DNA of 64,000 nucleotides, from sequence record KX397373.1. The stretch is one strand, 5' to 3'. Below the pieces are notes generated by a model, which saw only the letters and a list, made by a program, of their open reading frames with translations, had not been told where the DNA came from and searched no databases. The translations under genes and the position numbers were made by a program. Shown here one piece after another: positions 8,906 to 18,898 of this stretch (within the stretch, counting starts at the first letter, position 1; every line of letters begins with the position of its first letter).

Positions 8906-10471
8906 TTACGCGAACAATTCATCACCCATTCCACCGGTGAAGAAGTTGATTGACGACGCTGTTACGGTTTCTTCTTTATCACAGTCCCAAGGCAAAATGC
9001 CCACATCCGCAAAAGGTAATACAGTGTAGTGATGTGCTTCTTTGGTATCAATAATCGTACGATGTTTACCACGCTGCACTTCCAGGAAGCTGTGTCCATT
9101 CACAACACGCTTGTTGAAGTACATCTCACCATCGGCTTCGTTATCCAGACTTGAACAGTCGGAATACAACCCACGACCTGGCAAGCTCTTACAGAACCCG
9201 ATTGGGTCTAAGGCTTTCAGACGTTTCCCTTCTGGGGAAATCTGGTGCGGGGCAATCATGAACCCGCGGTTACGCACGACCTGGTAGTTACGGGCCATAC
9301 GGTAAATTTCTTTGATGTCACTACCGACTACGCCGTTACCGTGACCACCTTTACTGATAGTCCCCAGGTAATCTGCGCGAATACCGACAACGTGATAGCC
9401 ACGACGTTTCAAGTCGAGAATCAGGTCGTTGATGTAGTGCACTTTAAAATCGGAGTTGGTGTGCTTCTGGAACACGTAATCCCAACCCTGTGCCTGAATC
9501 TTACCACACAGGTAATCTGACATCTGCGTTGTATGAGCAAGCTTTTCTTCCGCCGTCGCTTCTGCCGGTAACACCATGCGTGGTGCTTCACCTTCGAAGT
9601 GACCGTAGATTTGCTGATACCCGTATGCCAGGTTAACGTCGAGTTCGTTTTCCAGGCTCAAGTCCAGGATAATCGGTTGCAAGGTTCCCTTCACATCTGC
9701 CATGACTTTCTCAGGCGTGTTGAAGATAGGTACCGACAACGTCAGTAACAGACTGAACAATGACTTGCAGTTAAAAGGAAGTGCAGGCATCAGCCACATC
9801 TCTTCCGTTATACCCTTATTACAGCCCAGCATTTGGTTGATAGATTTCCAACCCGTCTGCAAGCCATTACCCGCTGCCTTCTTGTTAATCGAGTCAAAGA
9901 CTTTGATAAAGGGAGCGCGATTATCCGTCACCAGTTCACCAACCAGTGATGGAATCTTATTATGAGAGCGTTCGCTGAACGTGGAAAGCGTATCTTTGAG
10001 TTCGCTTAACGCGGTTTGTACGTCAACGCGCGTTTCCGTACCGTTAAGTGTGCCAATAGCACGCCCTAACCGTCGCTTCAACTCCACGCCCTGAATACAC
10101 TGGCGTAGCTGGAAGTAATATTGTGACACTTGACGATTAAGATGCTCGATACGTTTCTCCGGATCTTCCGGAATATCATCTTCCAGGAATTTGGTAATCG
10201 TATCGTATAGAGGACGTACTTGCGTGGTGGCCAACTTCAAACGCTTCATGACGTTTGCGTGGTCGTAAGTCATGCCGCCGTCTATGATGGATGTGATGAT
10301 GTCCTTGATTTCGACGAGCGCGGACCTTTCGTCCCCTTCCTCGGCGTACTCAGGAAGCTTAGCCTCAAGCAAAACTTTTCTTATGACATCGTGGTCCCGA
10401 CTTGGGTCAGTCAAAAGACTTTCTGCGTAAAGAGCGGCTAAGGCTGTTATCAACATCATTTTATTGTTCAT
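8906..10471 (-). CDS. dnaB: DnaB-like replicative helicase
   Basis: 521 aa. Walker A-like ALPFNCKS, then LSLENE, IRADYLG, HQIS and RGKHR SF4 helicase motifs. Position beside the major capsid gene matches phiKZ-like phages. Confidence 0.85.
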   Translation of the reverse strand: MNNKMMLITALAALYAESLLTDPSRDHDVIRKVLLEAKLPEYAEEGDERSALVEIKDIITSIIDGGMTYDHANVMKRLKLATTQVRPLYDTITKFLEDDIPEDPEKRIEHLNRQVSQYYFQLRQCIQGVELKRRLGRAIGTLNGTETRVDVQTALSELKDTLSTFSERSHNKIPSLVGELVTDNRAPFIKVFDSINKKAAGNGLQTGWKSINQMLGCNKGITEEMWLMPALPFNCKSLFSLLLTLSVPIFNTPEKVMADVKGTLQPIILDLSLENELDVNLAYGYQQIYGHFEGEAPRMVLPAEATAEEKLAHTTQMSDYLCGKIQAQGWDYVFQKHTNSDFKVHYINDLILDLKRRGYHVVGIRADYLGTISKGGHGNGVVGSDIKEIYRMARNYQVVRNRGFMIAPHQISPEGKRLKALDPIGFCKSLPGRGLYSDCSSLDNEADGEMYFNKRVVNGHSFLEVQRGKHRTIIDTKEAHHYTVLPFADVGILPWDCDKEETVTASSINFFTGGMGDELFA

Positions 10472-10485
10472 GGAGCATCCTTAAA

Positions 10486-11010
10486 ATGCAGATTCGTTTT
10501 AGTCCACCGTGGGAAGTTCAACCTAACATAGATAAAGGGGCTGCTGTTAAAAGTTTGGAATTGCTCCAGGCAAGCTTCTTTAACTGGTTATATGACAGCC
10601 CAAAAGGTTTCAGTTCCATTATTTTGCCAGAAGTCGGTCCGATACCCATCTACAAAGCGTTGATGGCTCCGCCGTTACTTCCAGCTAAATATTATGACCA
10701 GGTGTTGAATCTGGTCGAAAGTGGTACCGATGCTTCTCTTACTGATTTATATGGGGAAGCATTCTCTGGTCGTCTACGTTGGGTATTCACACAGCGTGGC
10801 GGCGTCATTGTGGCGTCATTTGCAGAAGCGAAGTCCGGACCGGGTTTCTCTTTGGGTGAAGACCACGCTGCGAAAAAGATGTTCTGCGCAGAACTTTTTA
10901 AATATGTGCGTACCAAGACTCGCGTCGTGGATGATACGTTCAGCACTTCTACGCAGTTCGCAACTCATGAAGTGCTGACGCAACTTTACGCATGTCATTT
11001 ATCTCAATAA
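10486..11010 (+). CDS. Conserved hypothetical protein upstream of the capsid gene
   Basis: Start moved to the ATG at 10486 (GGAG RBS), since the track start lies inside the helicase gene. Confidence 0.7.
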   Translation: MQIRFSPPWEVQPNIDKGAAVKSLELLQASFFNWLYDSPKGFSSIILPEVGPIPIYKALMAPPLLPAKYYDQVLNLVESGTDASLTDLYGEAFSGRLRWVFTQRGGVIVASFAEAKSGPGFSLGEDHAAKKMFCAELFKYVRTKTRVVDDTFSTSTQFATHEVLTQLYACHLSQ

Positions 11011-11021
11011 GGTTGAATGAA

Positions 11022-13331
11022 ATGAAAGATACCCGAATCTCTAATCTGGAGAAGCTCGTCAACGCGGGTAACGAGCTTGTAGCCAACGTATCGGCTGGTA
11101 CCTCCGCTTCCGATGTGTGGTCAACTGTTGTTGCTGGTGAATCTGTTCGTAAAAACGCGAAAGCTTTTAGCTCGCTGAACGACAGCGCTGCCCAGCAGTA
11201 CCAAACCGTGTTCCCTGGCAAAAGCATGTCTCATGCTGCCCAGGTAGCTTCTGCAATGATTCTGGGTGCTGCCGGTCACGGTATGGATCTGGTTCAGGCC
11301 GTTGCTCACGAAAGCGCGAATCCGAAGTACGACAAGTACATGCCGATCGCTATCCCTGGTGCCGCTACTCTGGCTGCCGACTACGGTAAAGACCCGCTGG
11401 TCGCGCGCGAGTATTACACCAACAAAGACTACGACCGTAACCTGGGCCTGACCTGGACCCTGAACGTTCGTGCTCTGGAAACGCAGTCTAAGTTCGCTGA
11501 GACGCTGTTCCCAACCATCACCGTTGAAACCAACGATGTTGGTATTACCGTTCGTACCAAAGTTACTACTGTAACTCGTGGTATTCTGAACGCGCTGCTG
11601 ACCAAAGATGTGGTTGAAGACCACCGTCAGCCGCTGCACAACGCCCTGTCGAACCACAAAGTTCTGCAAGATGACGCGATTCGCATCGTACCTTACGTGA
11701 TGGAAACCGGCGACAACGCTGAATACTTCATCGACGCAGGCATCGTGCCGAACGAAAACGTGCAGCTGGGCCGCGTACCGCCGTACCCAACTAACTACCT
11801 GACCTTCGAAAAAGAACGTCTGAACCTGTTCCAGCTGGCTGCTCATCCGGGCATCGTGCAGGAAGGTTACGACGAAACTGACGAAATCGCGCCAGGTGCT
11901 GCTCTGGGTAGCCTGCTGATCTCCGTTCGTAAACCGAGCGAAGATGTTGCTGATGGTGCGCTGATCAAGCTGAACGTACGCGACATGCAGTTCGCTACCT
12001 TCCAGCGTCCTCCTGAAGGTGACGGCCGTGAGCTGGTGCTCCAGTTCCGTCGCACTGCGTTCTCTCTGAACGCCAAGTCTCTGGACTGGAAAGGCGATGA
12101 CATCCCTGCACTGGCTGCACTGGCTCAGAACCAGTACACGCTGAAGTACAGCATGAACATCACCATGTCACTGTTCACCAACGGTCAGTATTCTGGTCGT
12201 GTTGACGTGTCTGGTAAGTCACTGACCATCGAAGGTCTGTTCGACGCCACTGGTAACCTGGTCGATACCAAAACTGGTACCGGTAAAGTTATCATGGACG
12301 GTCTGAAACTGGAACTGCTGGGCTGGCGTTTCGACGGTACTCGTACCAACGAAAACCGGAGAACCCAGGGCTTGCTGCTGGACCCAATCTGGGAACAGGA
12401 GAACTACAAGCTGCAATACGGTTCCCCGATCATGACCAAATCGCCGGTTGGTGTTGAGTATGACGACACCGAGCGCCTGGATGACCTGGTTTCTGCGGTT
12501 AACATCCGTAACGAAATGCTGGCTATCACCCAGACTCTGAGCTACACCGAAGCTGTGAAAAATGCTTTCGAAAGCATGATCACTCCATGGGACAAACCAG
12601 CCATCCGTGGTCTGGGTCGTCACTGGGTTGCTCCGTGGTACAAAGAGAGCGACTACAACGTCGATCAGGTTATCCAGTCTCTGGATACCAAAGATGCACT
12701 GATCAACGCCCGTCAGGGTCTGGTACAGCGTATCGGTGACCAGGTTACTCGTGCAATCCAGGACAGCCGCTTCATGCCTGCCCTGCGCCTGCTGACTGCT
12801 AACCCGGACGCACTGCCGAAAGTCGTTATCGCAACTGACGAGCCAACTGCTGCTATGCTGCTGCTGACTCAGGGTGACCAGCGTCTGCTGGGCGATCGCT
12901 ACGAGTACGAAGTCATCACCACCAACGATGACCGCTGGCGTATCTGGAATGCCGCGGATGAGTCTTGGACTCGCCGTCTGCAATGGGTACTGAAAGTGCC
13001 TACCGTTGATGACGGTTCTTACTGTGTTCTGAACTGGGGTAACCACTTCTGGTCTCCGATCATGGTAACCAACATCAACATCCAGCGTAACGGCGCGACC
13101 AGCAAAGAGCTGGCTGTGCAGCCACGTAACGCCCACATCTGTCACTGCCCGATCACTGGCCTCATCTGGATCAAAGGTATCACCAAATACGTTGAAAGCA
13201 AACTGGCTTACAACGTGTCTGTTGAATCCAATGGTACCGGTGCGACCGATGGCGGCAACGGCGGTAACGTAGGCGGCGATACTACTGGTGCTGGCACCGG
13301 TGGTACTGGCGGCGCGGGTACTGGTTCTTAA
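11022..13331 (+). CDS. Major capsid protein precursor
   Basis: About 769 aa with strongly biased codon usage. N-terminal propeptide with A-x-E sites (AGE, AHE, ARE). Size and synteny with helicase and nvRNAP beta match the phiKZ gp120/SPN3US gp75 class. Strong terminator follows. Confidence 0.85.
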   Translation: MKDTRISNLEKLVNAGNELVANVSAGTSASDVWSTVVAGESVRKNAKAFSSLNDSAAQQYQTVFPGKSMSHAAQVASAMILGAAGHGMDLVQAVAHESANPKYDKYMPIAIPGAATLAADYGKDPLVAREYYTNKDYDRNLGLTWTLNVRALETQSKFAETLFPTITVETNDVGITVRTKVTTVTRGILNALLTKDVVEDHRQPLHNALSNHKVLQDDAIRIVPYVMETGDNAEYFIDAGIVPNENVQLGRVPPYPTNYLTFEKERLNLFQLAAHPGIVQEGYDETDEIAPGAALGSLLISVRKPSEDVADGALIKLNVRDMQFATFQRPPEGDGRELVLQFRRTAFSLNAKSLDWKGDDIPALAALAQNQYTLKYSMNITMSLFTNGQYSGRVDVSGKSLTIEGLFDATGNLVDTKTGTGKVIMDGLKLELLGWRFDGTRTNENRRTQGLLLDPIWEQENYKLQYGSPIMTKSPVGVEYDDTERLDDLVSAVNIRNEMLAITQTLSYTEAVKNAFESMITPWDKPAIRGLGRHWVAPWYKESDYNVDQVIQSLDTKDALINARQGLVQRIGDQVTRAIQDSRFMPALRLLTANPDALPKVVIATDEPTAAMLLLTQGDQRLLGDRYEYEVITTNDDRWRIWNAADESWTRRLQWVLKVPTVDDGSYCVLNWGNHFWSPIMVTNINIQRNGATSKELAVQPRNAHICHCPITGLIWIKGITKYVESKLAYNVSVESNGTGATDGGNGGNVGGDTTGAGTGGTGGAGTGS

Positions 13332-13353
13332 TCAGTAGTCGAACGTTAGGATT

Positions 13354-13391
13354 AGCTTACTCCCTTCGGGGAGTAAGCTTTTTCTTTTTTT
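13354..13391 (+). terminator. Intrinsic terminator after the capsid gene
   Basis: AGCTTACTCCC-TTCG-GGGAGTAAGCT followed by a long T tract. Confidence 0.9.
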
Positions 13392-13406
13392 ATCCTAAAA
13401 TTTCAC

Positions 13407-13426
13407 GGATAGATATTATCTACATG
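13407..13426 (+). promoter_or_regulatory. Putative early promoter
   Basis: GGATAGATATTATCTACATG motif copy. Confidence 0.7.
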
Positions 13427-13459
13427 ACGCACGACCATTTTACCCATAGGAGAATTAAC

Positions 13460-14293
13460 GTGAAGAGAATTGAATTAGCAAGTTTAGCTTATATCCGTAC
13501 AGTTACTGGTGGTAAGTTGTTAGAGTTCAATGCGGGTGTTCACAACTTCATGCCAGACGTTTTCGTATCAGATTTGAAATTCGATATTCTTTATAACTTT
13601 ATCGAAATGCGCCTCTCCGTCTTAAAGGGTGATTTCGGAAAGTATTCAAGACTGGAAGGTGTCGACACGTCTAAGCTGAAAGTATTGGCCCTCGGAGACG
13701 GGTTGACCTTCGAGATAGTCAAAGACTACAACGACAGTGACGAAGAAATTATCGGTGTCCTGTCAAACTTCCTGTCTTTGACCGGGCTCTACCAGCAAAG
13801 CCACACCATCATTGAGCGGGTTGCTCATTCTCGGGTAAACGGTACAATATTGCGGTTGGTTCCACTACAGCATGATAAGACACTCACCCCAGCAGACATA
13901 CCTGCATACATGTCCGGCACGCTCAGTAACGATGACCTTGAGGTTGAACATGCATTACAGTCGATGTCGCTGTATTTCCACTCAAAAGGTGTGCGTCACT
14001 ACGTCCTGATGTTTGGCAACACTAATTCCGTCTGTATTGCTGGTGAATACGCCGGACCCAAAAATGAATACGAAGCACAAAATGGCACATGGGAAGTTTT
14101 CCGTAAGATAGATGAAAGCCAGCCCAGTCGTGAAATGCTTAACGTGGCCGATACCCTAATGGGCCTTTCGAAAATAGCCACATTGCCAGACGCTGGTTAC
14201 GCGTTAAAACTGGAAAATGGTTTAGGGGATGTCTCGCTCGGTCGACTCACTAAGGACGATTTAAGAAAGATTGCACTGGCACTTGTTAAGTGA
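13460..14293 (+). CDS. Hypothetical protein
   Basis: GTG start at 13460 after AGGAG. Confidence 0.7.
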   Translation: MKRIELASLAYIRTVTGGKLLEFNAGVHNFMPDVFVSDLKFDILYNFIEMRLSVLKGDFGKYSRLEGVDTSKLKVLALGDGLTFEIVKDYNDSDEEIIGVLSNFLSLTGLYQQSHTIIERVAHSRVNGTILRLVPLQHDKTLTPADIPAYMSGTLSNDDLEVEHALQSMSLYFHSKGVRHYVLMFGNTNSVCIAGEYAGPKNEYEAQNGTWEVFRKIDESQPSREMLNVADTLMGLSKIATLPDAGYALKLENGLGDVSLGRLTKDDLRKIALALVK

Positions 14294-14349
14294 TGCTATC
14301 TTTTTACGCTACACGCAGTCGTTATGCGGGTCGCGTTCAAAGTATTCTG

Positions 14350-14369
14350 AGATAGATATTATCTACGTG
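14350..14369 (+). promoter_or_regulatory. Putative early promoter driving the nvRNAP beta operon
   Basis: AGATAGATATTATCTACGTG motif copy. Confidence 0.75.
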
Positions 14370-14402
14370 GTTGTATCTATTGGTTTTTAACTGGGATGCG
14401 AA

Positions 14403-15407
14403 ATGAATCGTTATGATTTAGACATTGAACCGACGATTACGCAGCGACCCATGTATCATGGTGTCGTGAAGAAGACCATCTCCTACGAAAACAATACAGG
14501 TATTCCAGTCCACGTCACTGAACTCAGTGGCGGCAGCTTTATCTTGGCCCCGTCGTCGCATACGGCGTCGGAGTTCGGTATCGTCATTTACGTGACGTAT
14601 AAAGCAGTCGGTGGACAGGCTAACCTGACGGGGCTTCGCGAAGGATTTCCTGCGAAGCAGTTTTCACAAATGTGCCGTGAGATACAAGAGTCGGGTGAGA
14701 CCACATTGATGTACGTGGTGTCAGATATCTCGGCGTTGATGCACGGTGACTTGGTCGTGTTGAAAAAGCTAGGTATGGCGTTTTCTACACAGCCGGTCAG
14801 ACTTGATTCCAATCCCATTGCATTGCCGGGTGGTGAACGGAGCGAGTTTACGTTGGGGGTCGTGGTTGTACAGCGGTACGACGATCCGAAGGTATATCGT
14901 TGGGTACGGTTCTATACCACGCAAGTGGAAGTAGACCCTATCCGGTCGAAGTATTACGATGAAGGGATTTACATGGTGATTGGCGGTGGGAAGTTAGCAG
15001 AGGGTGGCAGGATGTTGCATTTCACATTCGAAGACCCGTTGTCACCGTTCCGGGTATTTGCATCTGAAGACGAGTCGAAAGCGTATCGTTGGATGGACGC
15101 AATTCCAGACCTGCGTGATTTGCGCAGTAAGCTGGAAACCAACTACCAATCAAAACTTCAGGATTTAGACGATAGAAAGAACCAGCTGGATCTCGAGTAT
15201 CGAACGCAATCTAACGAATTGGCAATTGAGAAAGAGAGGTTATCCCTACAGAACAAGCGAGAGGAAAATGAAATCAAACAACGGGCAGAAGTCCGCAAAG
15301 ACCAATATGAGGCGCGTTCGATTCATCGTAAGGACGGGTCAGAGTTCTTAAAGGCAATCCCTGCGTTTATGGCGGCTGGTGTCGCAGTGATAGGGATGCT
15401 AATGTAG
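14403..15407 (+). CDS. Hypothetical protein with C-terminal coiled coil and hydrophobic tail
   Basis: 334 aa; heptad-like charged C-terminal region ending in FLKAIPAFMAAGVAVIGMLM. Confidence 0.75.
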   Translation: MNRYDLDIEPTITQRPMYHGVVKKTISYENNTGIPVHVTELSGGSFILAPSSHTASEFGIVIYVTYKAVGGQANLTGLREGFPAKQFSQMCREIQESGETTLMYVVSDISALMHGDLVVLKKLGMAFSTQPVRLDSNPIALPGGERSEFTLGVVVVQRYDDPKVYRWVRFYTTQVEVDPIRSKYYDEGIYMVIGGGKLAEGGRMLHFTFEDPLSPFRVFASEDESKAYRWMDAIPDLRDLRSKLETNYQSKLQDLDDRKNQLDLEYRTQSNELAIEKERLSLQNKREENEIKQRAEVRKDQYEARSIHRKDGSEFLKAIPAFMAAGVAVIGMLM

Positions 15408-15419
15408 GGAGGCCATGCA

Positions 15420-17195
15420 GTGTTTAAAGATGCGATAAGAAAGATTAAGGAAGACGGTAAGATTGTCCCCTTCAATCGTGCAATCGCGGAAGGTGTCGGC
15501 TACACGCAGGCAAAAGACGGGATACATGACCGTGTGCATCAGATTCTGCGCCGTGAGTTAACTCATGACCGGATTGAGAACCCACGCTTACCCGAAGGTC
15601 TGTCTGTGTTGAACGTCCGCCACATGGCTCCGTTTGAATCATTTATCTACAAACTGTCCAAGTCAGACAGCAACCGTGCGGGAAGAGGGCGTACAGCGCT
15701 GTCAATCGCTGCTACGGACACGTACATGGTCATGGCTACCTTCCGTATACCGGGAGACGGTCGTCCTACGTCGCGTCCAATTAGCCTGCCGTTTATACGG
15801 CGTGGCGGTCTCATGAATTACTTCGGTACCACGTATCACGTTGCGCCGGTAATTCACCAACCGGGTATCTGTCGTGAACATGGCGGTATTTTCATCAACT
15901 TTGACTTCACCCGTAAAGTCTCGTTGAAGTTCTGTAAGAAACCAACGAAGATTTTGGTGAATGGCATGAAGGAGGAATTGTTCCTGCCGGGTACGTCGAA
16001 CTTGTTCGTCTCGAAAAACCCGATAGGTCACGATACCGACGAAAAACCATTGATGTATTGGATGTTCGGACGTTATGGCTTTAAGGAAGCCGTCAAGCGT
16101 TACACCGGTGTTGATGTTAACATCTGGCCTGCATTCAAAGTACCCGATCTCGACTTGAATAAAGTTGCGGTTATAGGTTCGGGCGAACAACAGTACAACC
16201 GTCAGATTCAATACGTCGTAACGGTGCCTGTTGACGCATTACCGAATCTCCACAACACACGTTGGGATCAGAACGAACACTCCCTGCTGATTGCCGTCTC
16301 TGCGTTCTTTAAAGCGGCGCACTATTACGCCAGCAAGCAGAACAGCAAAGGGGGTCGTGCACCAACCCTTCCGGCACTGTTTACCCAGATAAACGAATTC
16401 GCGATGGATGAAGACATTGCTAACTTGAACTCTCCGGCAATTTGGAAGGAGATTCTTGGGCGCAGTATCCTCGGCATGAAACCATCCGACATCGAACTGG
16501 GTCGTAGCATGGGCAGCCACTTTGTGGAATGCGAACGCTATGTCAACAGTACCTTCCGTGGCGAACTGATGGCAAACGATCCGAACATCCCTGATGACAT
16601 GGATATGTTTGACTTCCTCTGGTATACCACGCAGATGATGGTACGTACTCGCCTGACCAAACAAGAAGACATCCCGTCGATGTATGGCAAGCGTTTAACG
16701 GTAACCGATTATCTGCTGCTGGGACAGCGCGGCTTTACCACAACGATCTCGAAGATACGTTGGCGTCTGGGCCAGATGGAAAACCGTACCCCGGAATCCT
16801 GCTCGAAAGCGATTCGTGATGCGCTGAACAAAGAGATTGTGCTGAATCTGGTGTTGCGTAACATCACCGGTAACGGCGGTATCAGTTTCTTTAACGCGTC
16901 AACTGAATCAATGGTATTAGCTGTCTCGACTCATGCGATTGGCCAAACGGAAACGGATGCCAAGCGTACGAAGAAAGGCGGTAAAACGGTGAACCTGAAT
17001 GACCGCACGAAGCACGCCTCCGCGTCGCATCTGGAATGTGGTAATGCCTACTATATTCCGAAGTCGGCACCATTCAAGTCCAACATCCTCAACCCGTACA
17101 TGAAGACGAACCTTCACTTGGTGATGGTACGTAATCCGAAGTTGGCTCCGTACATCAAGCCAACGGAAGAAGACATTGCAAAAATCGGCCGTTAA
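15420..17195 (+). CDS. Non-virion RNA polymerase beta subunit, N-terminal fragment (phiKZ gp123-like)
   Basis: 591 aa, GGAGG RBS. RPISLPFIRRGG...YHVAPVI and TPKSxPxKxxxL-like motif resemble RNAP beta N-terminal regions. Syntenic downstream of the capsid gene. Confidence 0.75.
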   Translation: MFKDAIRKIKEDGKIVPFNRAIAEGVGYTQAKDGIHDRVHQILRRELTHDRIENPRLPEGLSVLNVRHMAPFESFIYKLSKSDSNRAGRGRTALSIAATDTYMVMATFRIPGDGRPTSRPISLPFIRRGGLMNYFGTTYHVAPVIHQPGICREHGGIFINFDFTRKVSLKFCKKPTKILVNGMKEELFLPGTSNLFVSKNPIGHDTDEKPLMYWMFGRYGFKEAVKRYTGVDVNIWPAFKVPDLDLNKVAVIGSGEQQYNRQIQYVVTVPVDALPNLHNTRWDQNEHSLLIAVSAFFKAAHYYASKQNSKGGRAPTLPALFTQINEFAMDEDIANLNSPAIWKEILGRSILGMKPSDIELGRSMGSHFVECERYVNSTFRGELMANDPNIPDDMDMFDFLWYTTQMMVRTRLTKQEDIPSMYGKRLTVTDYLLLGQRGFTTTISKIRWRLGQMENRTPESCSKAIRDALNKEIVLNLVLRNITGNGGISFFNASTESMVLAVSTHAIGQTETDAKRTKKGGKTVNLNDRTKHASASHLECGNAYYIPKSAPFKSNILNPYMKTNLHLVMVRNPKLAPYIKPTEEDIAKIGR

Positions 17196-17226
17196 CAGTT
17201 TTCCCCATTAAGGAGTATGAATTAGA

Positions 17227-18861
17227 ATGAGCATCACTATCGAAGAAGTCACTAACGTCCTGAAGCAGAACCTGTCCCGCGACAACGTGTTGGCCACGCT
17301 GAACCAGGTGATGACTGACAACGGTATGTCTCCCGATCAGGGTTTGAAGGTGGCACGCGCCGTAGGTATCTACGCACAGGCCAAGAAGCTGAACAATCAG
17401 CAGGTTATTCAGTACATCATCGATGCGTACAAAGCCTGTGTGTATCAATCTATCGCCGCAAAAGGCAATACGTTCTCAAGCGACATCCACGGTAAGCTGA
17501 TGTCGATGTGGGGTGATGTGGAGAAGATTATCCAGATCCTGCGTAACGCTAACAGCGGTGGTGGTTTAGGTGGTGGCGGTGGAATCGGTGGGTCTGGTGG
17601 CGGCATCCGTGTCTCCGAAGGACTGACCTTGTCTGCGCCGGAAGTAGGGGTAAGTGCCCAAGCGTCTGCCGGGTTGAAAGTCGTTATGCCGCAAACCGAT
17701 CTCGATTTCGGTAGCGACAACGGGCTGACTTTCGTGAACGAAGCCCCGACTCAGCAAACGCCTGTGGCCCCACAACCGGCAGTAGTCGATCCAGCAACCG
17801 CACCGCAAGCTACTATCAACTTTAATGCACCTGTTAACAACCCAATCGGTGCCGCGACTTCTAAGGGACAGAACATGAGCATGAACGATCCAGTCATTAA
17901 CATTTTGCAGGAGATTGAAGTGGAAGATTACGCAGCTCACGAACTGGTAGCACCGGTCGAGAAAACCAGCGTACCAGCGAAGGAAGCGAATAGCCGCATC
18001 AAGTCTTCGCAGTATGCAGAATCGCGTGACTGGGTTAGTCCGCTGCAAAGCATCATTTCAGGTGAAGATGAAATTGTGCTGTACAAAGGGGCTGGCATTA
18101 TCGTGCGTGCGCGTGACAGCTACCGTCCGTACCTGGTTGGTACCACCGACGCCAGCGTGAATGTGATGCGTGAATTCCTGGCAACACACAACGCCGCGAA
18201 AAGCGATCTCGATGGTCTGACCGAAGTGAACGACGTAGAAAAACTGATGGATCGTGTCATGAAAACCATCAGCAAACTGCGTGGTGCTGCAAAGGCAATC
18301 CATGACTTCGCATTAGAGAAATCTGATGAGCCCGAAGTGGTGGTGTCTGAAGTTGCTCGTTTCGCCAATGCGTATCTGGCGAACCTGACCCTGCTTATTC
18401 ACAACGGTATCTCGCTGGGTACTAACCACGGTACTGACGTCCCAACCGTACCGGGTATCTCGCTGGAACGTGCACCGGACGACATCAACTGGTTTGCAAG
18501 CGACCTCTACACCCAGACTACCGGGGGTAACGGCGTAAGCGAGCACGAAGATTTCTTCCGTGACCTGTTCCTGACAGTGGCTAACTCTATCCGTAAGCTG
18601 ACGCTGAAACTGGATGATAAAGGTCAGGTTGTAAATCTGGTGCAGAGCTGCATCACTGTCGTGGTGCCGGGCATGTATCAATCTGTGAGCAAATATCACA
18701 TGGTTGAAATGGCCTCGTTGGGTAATGCCTCTGAGCCGGTGATCGCGATTTACGAAGCACTGCAAAACGATGTACCGCACTCGCAGGTTATCCTGCAAGT
18801 ACCACAAGGTCAGTTCCTGTTGCTGAGCAACGGCGAACCAACTGCGCCGGTACGCTACTAA
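17227..18861 (+). CDS. Hypothetical two-domain protein with Gly- and Pro/Gln-rich linker
   Basis: 544 aa; AAGGAG RBS; SGGGLGGGGGIGGSGGG linker. Confidence 0.8.
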   Translation: MSITIEEVTNVLKQNLSRDNVLATLNQVMTDNGMSPDQGLKVARAVGIYAQAKKLNNQQVIQYIIDAYKACVYQSIAAKGNTFSSDIHGKLMSMWGDVEKIIQILRNANSGGGLGGGGGIGGSGGGIRVSEGLTLSAPEVGVSAQASAGLKVVMPQTDLDFGSDNGLTFVNEAPTQQTPVAPQPAVVDPATAPQATINFNAPVNNPIGAATSKGQNMSMNDPVINILQEIEVEDYAAHELVAPVEKTSVPAKEANSRIKSSQYAESRDWVSPLQSIISGEDEIVLYKGAGIIVRARDSYRPYLVGTTDASVNVMREFLATHNAAKSDLDGLTEVNDVEKLMDRVMKTISKLRGAAKAIHDFALEKSDEPEVVVSEVARFANAYLANLTLLIHNGISLGTNHGTDVPTVPGISLERAPDDINWFASDLYTQTTGGNGVSEHEDFFRDLFLTVANSIRKLTLKLDDKGQVVNLVQSCITVVVPGMYQSVSKYHMVEMASLGNASEPVIAIYEALQNDVPHSQVILQVPQGQFLLLSNGEPTAPVRY

Positions 18862-18867
18862 CAGATA

Positions 18868-18898
18868 AGGGAACCTTCGGGTTCCCTCTTCTTTTTTT
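18868..18898 (+). terminator. Intrinsic terminator
   Basis: AGGGAACC-TTCG-GGTTCCCT followed by a T tract. Confidence 0.85.

Noticed and set aside
11121-13145. Long antisense ORFs inside the capsid gene (241 and 308 aa), and similar ones at 4576-5250, 37323-38018, 55804-56508 and 60082-60924
   Set aside because: Shadow ORFs expected opposite strongly codon-biased genes; no RBS, no recognisable motifs, and they overlap well-supported + strand CDS.
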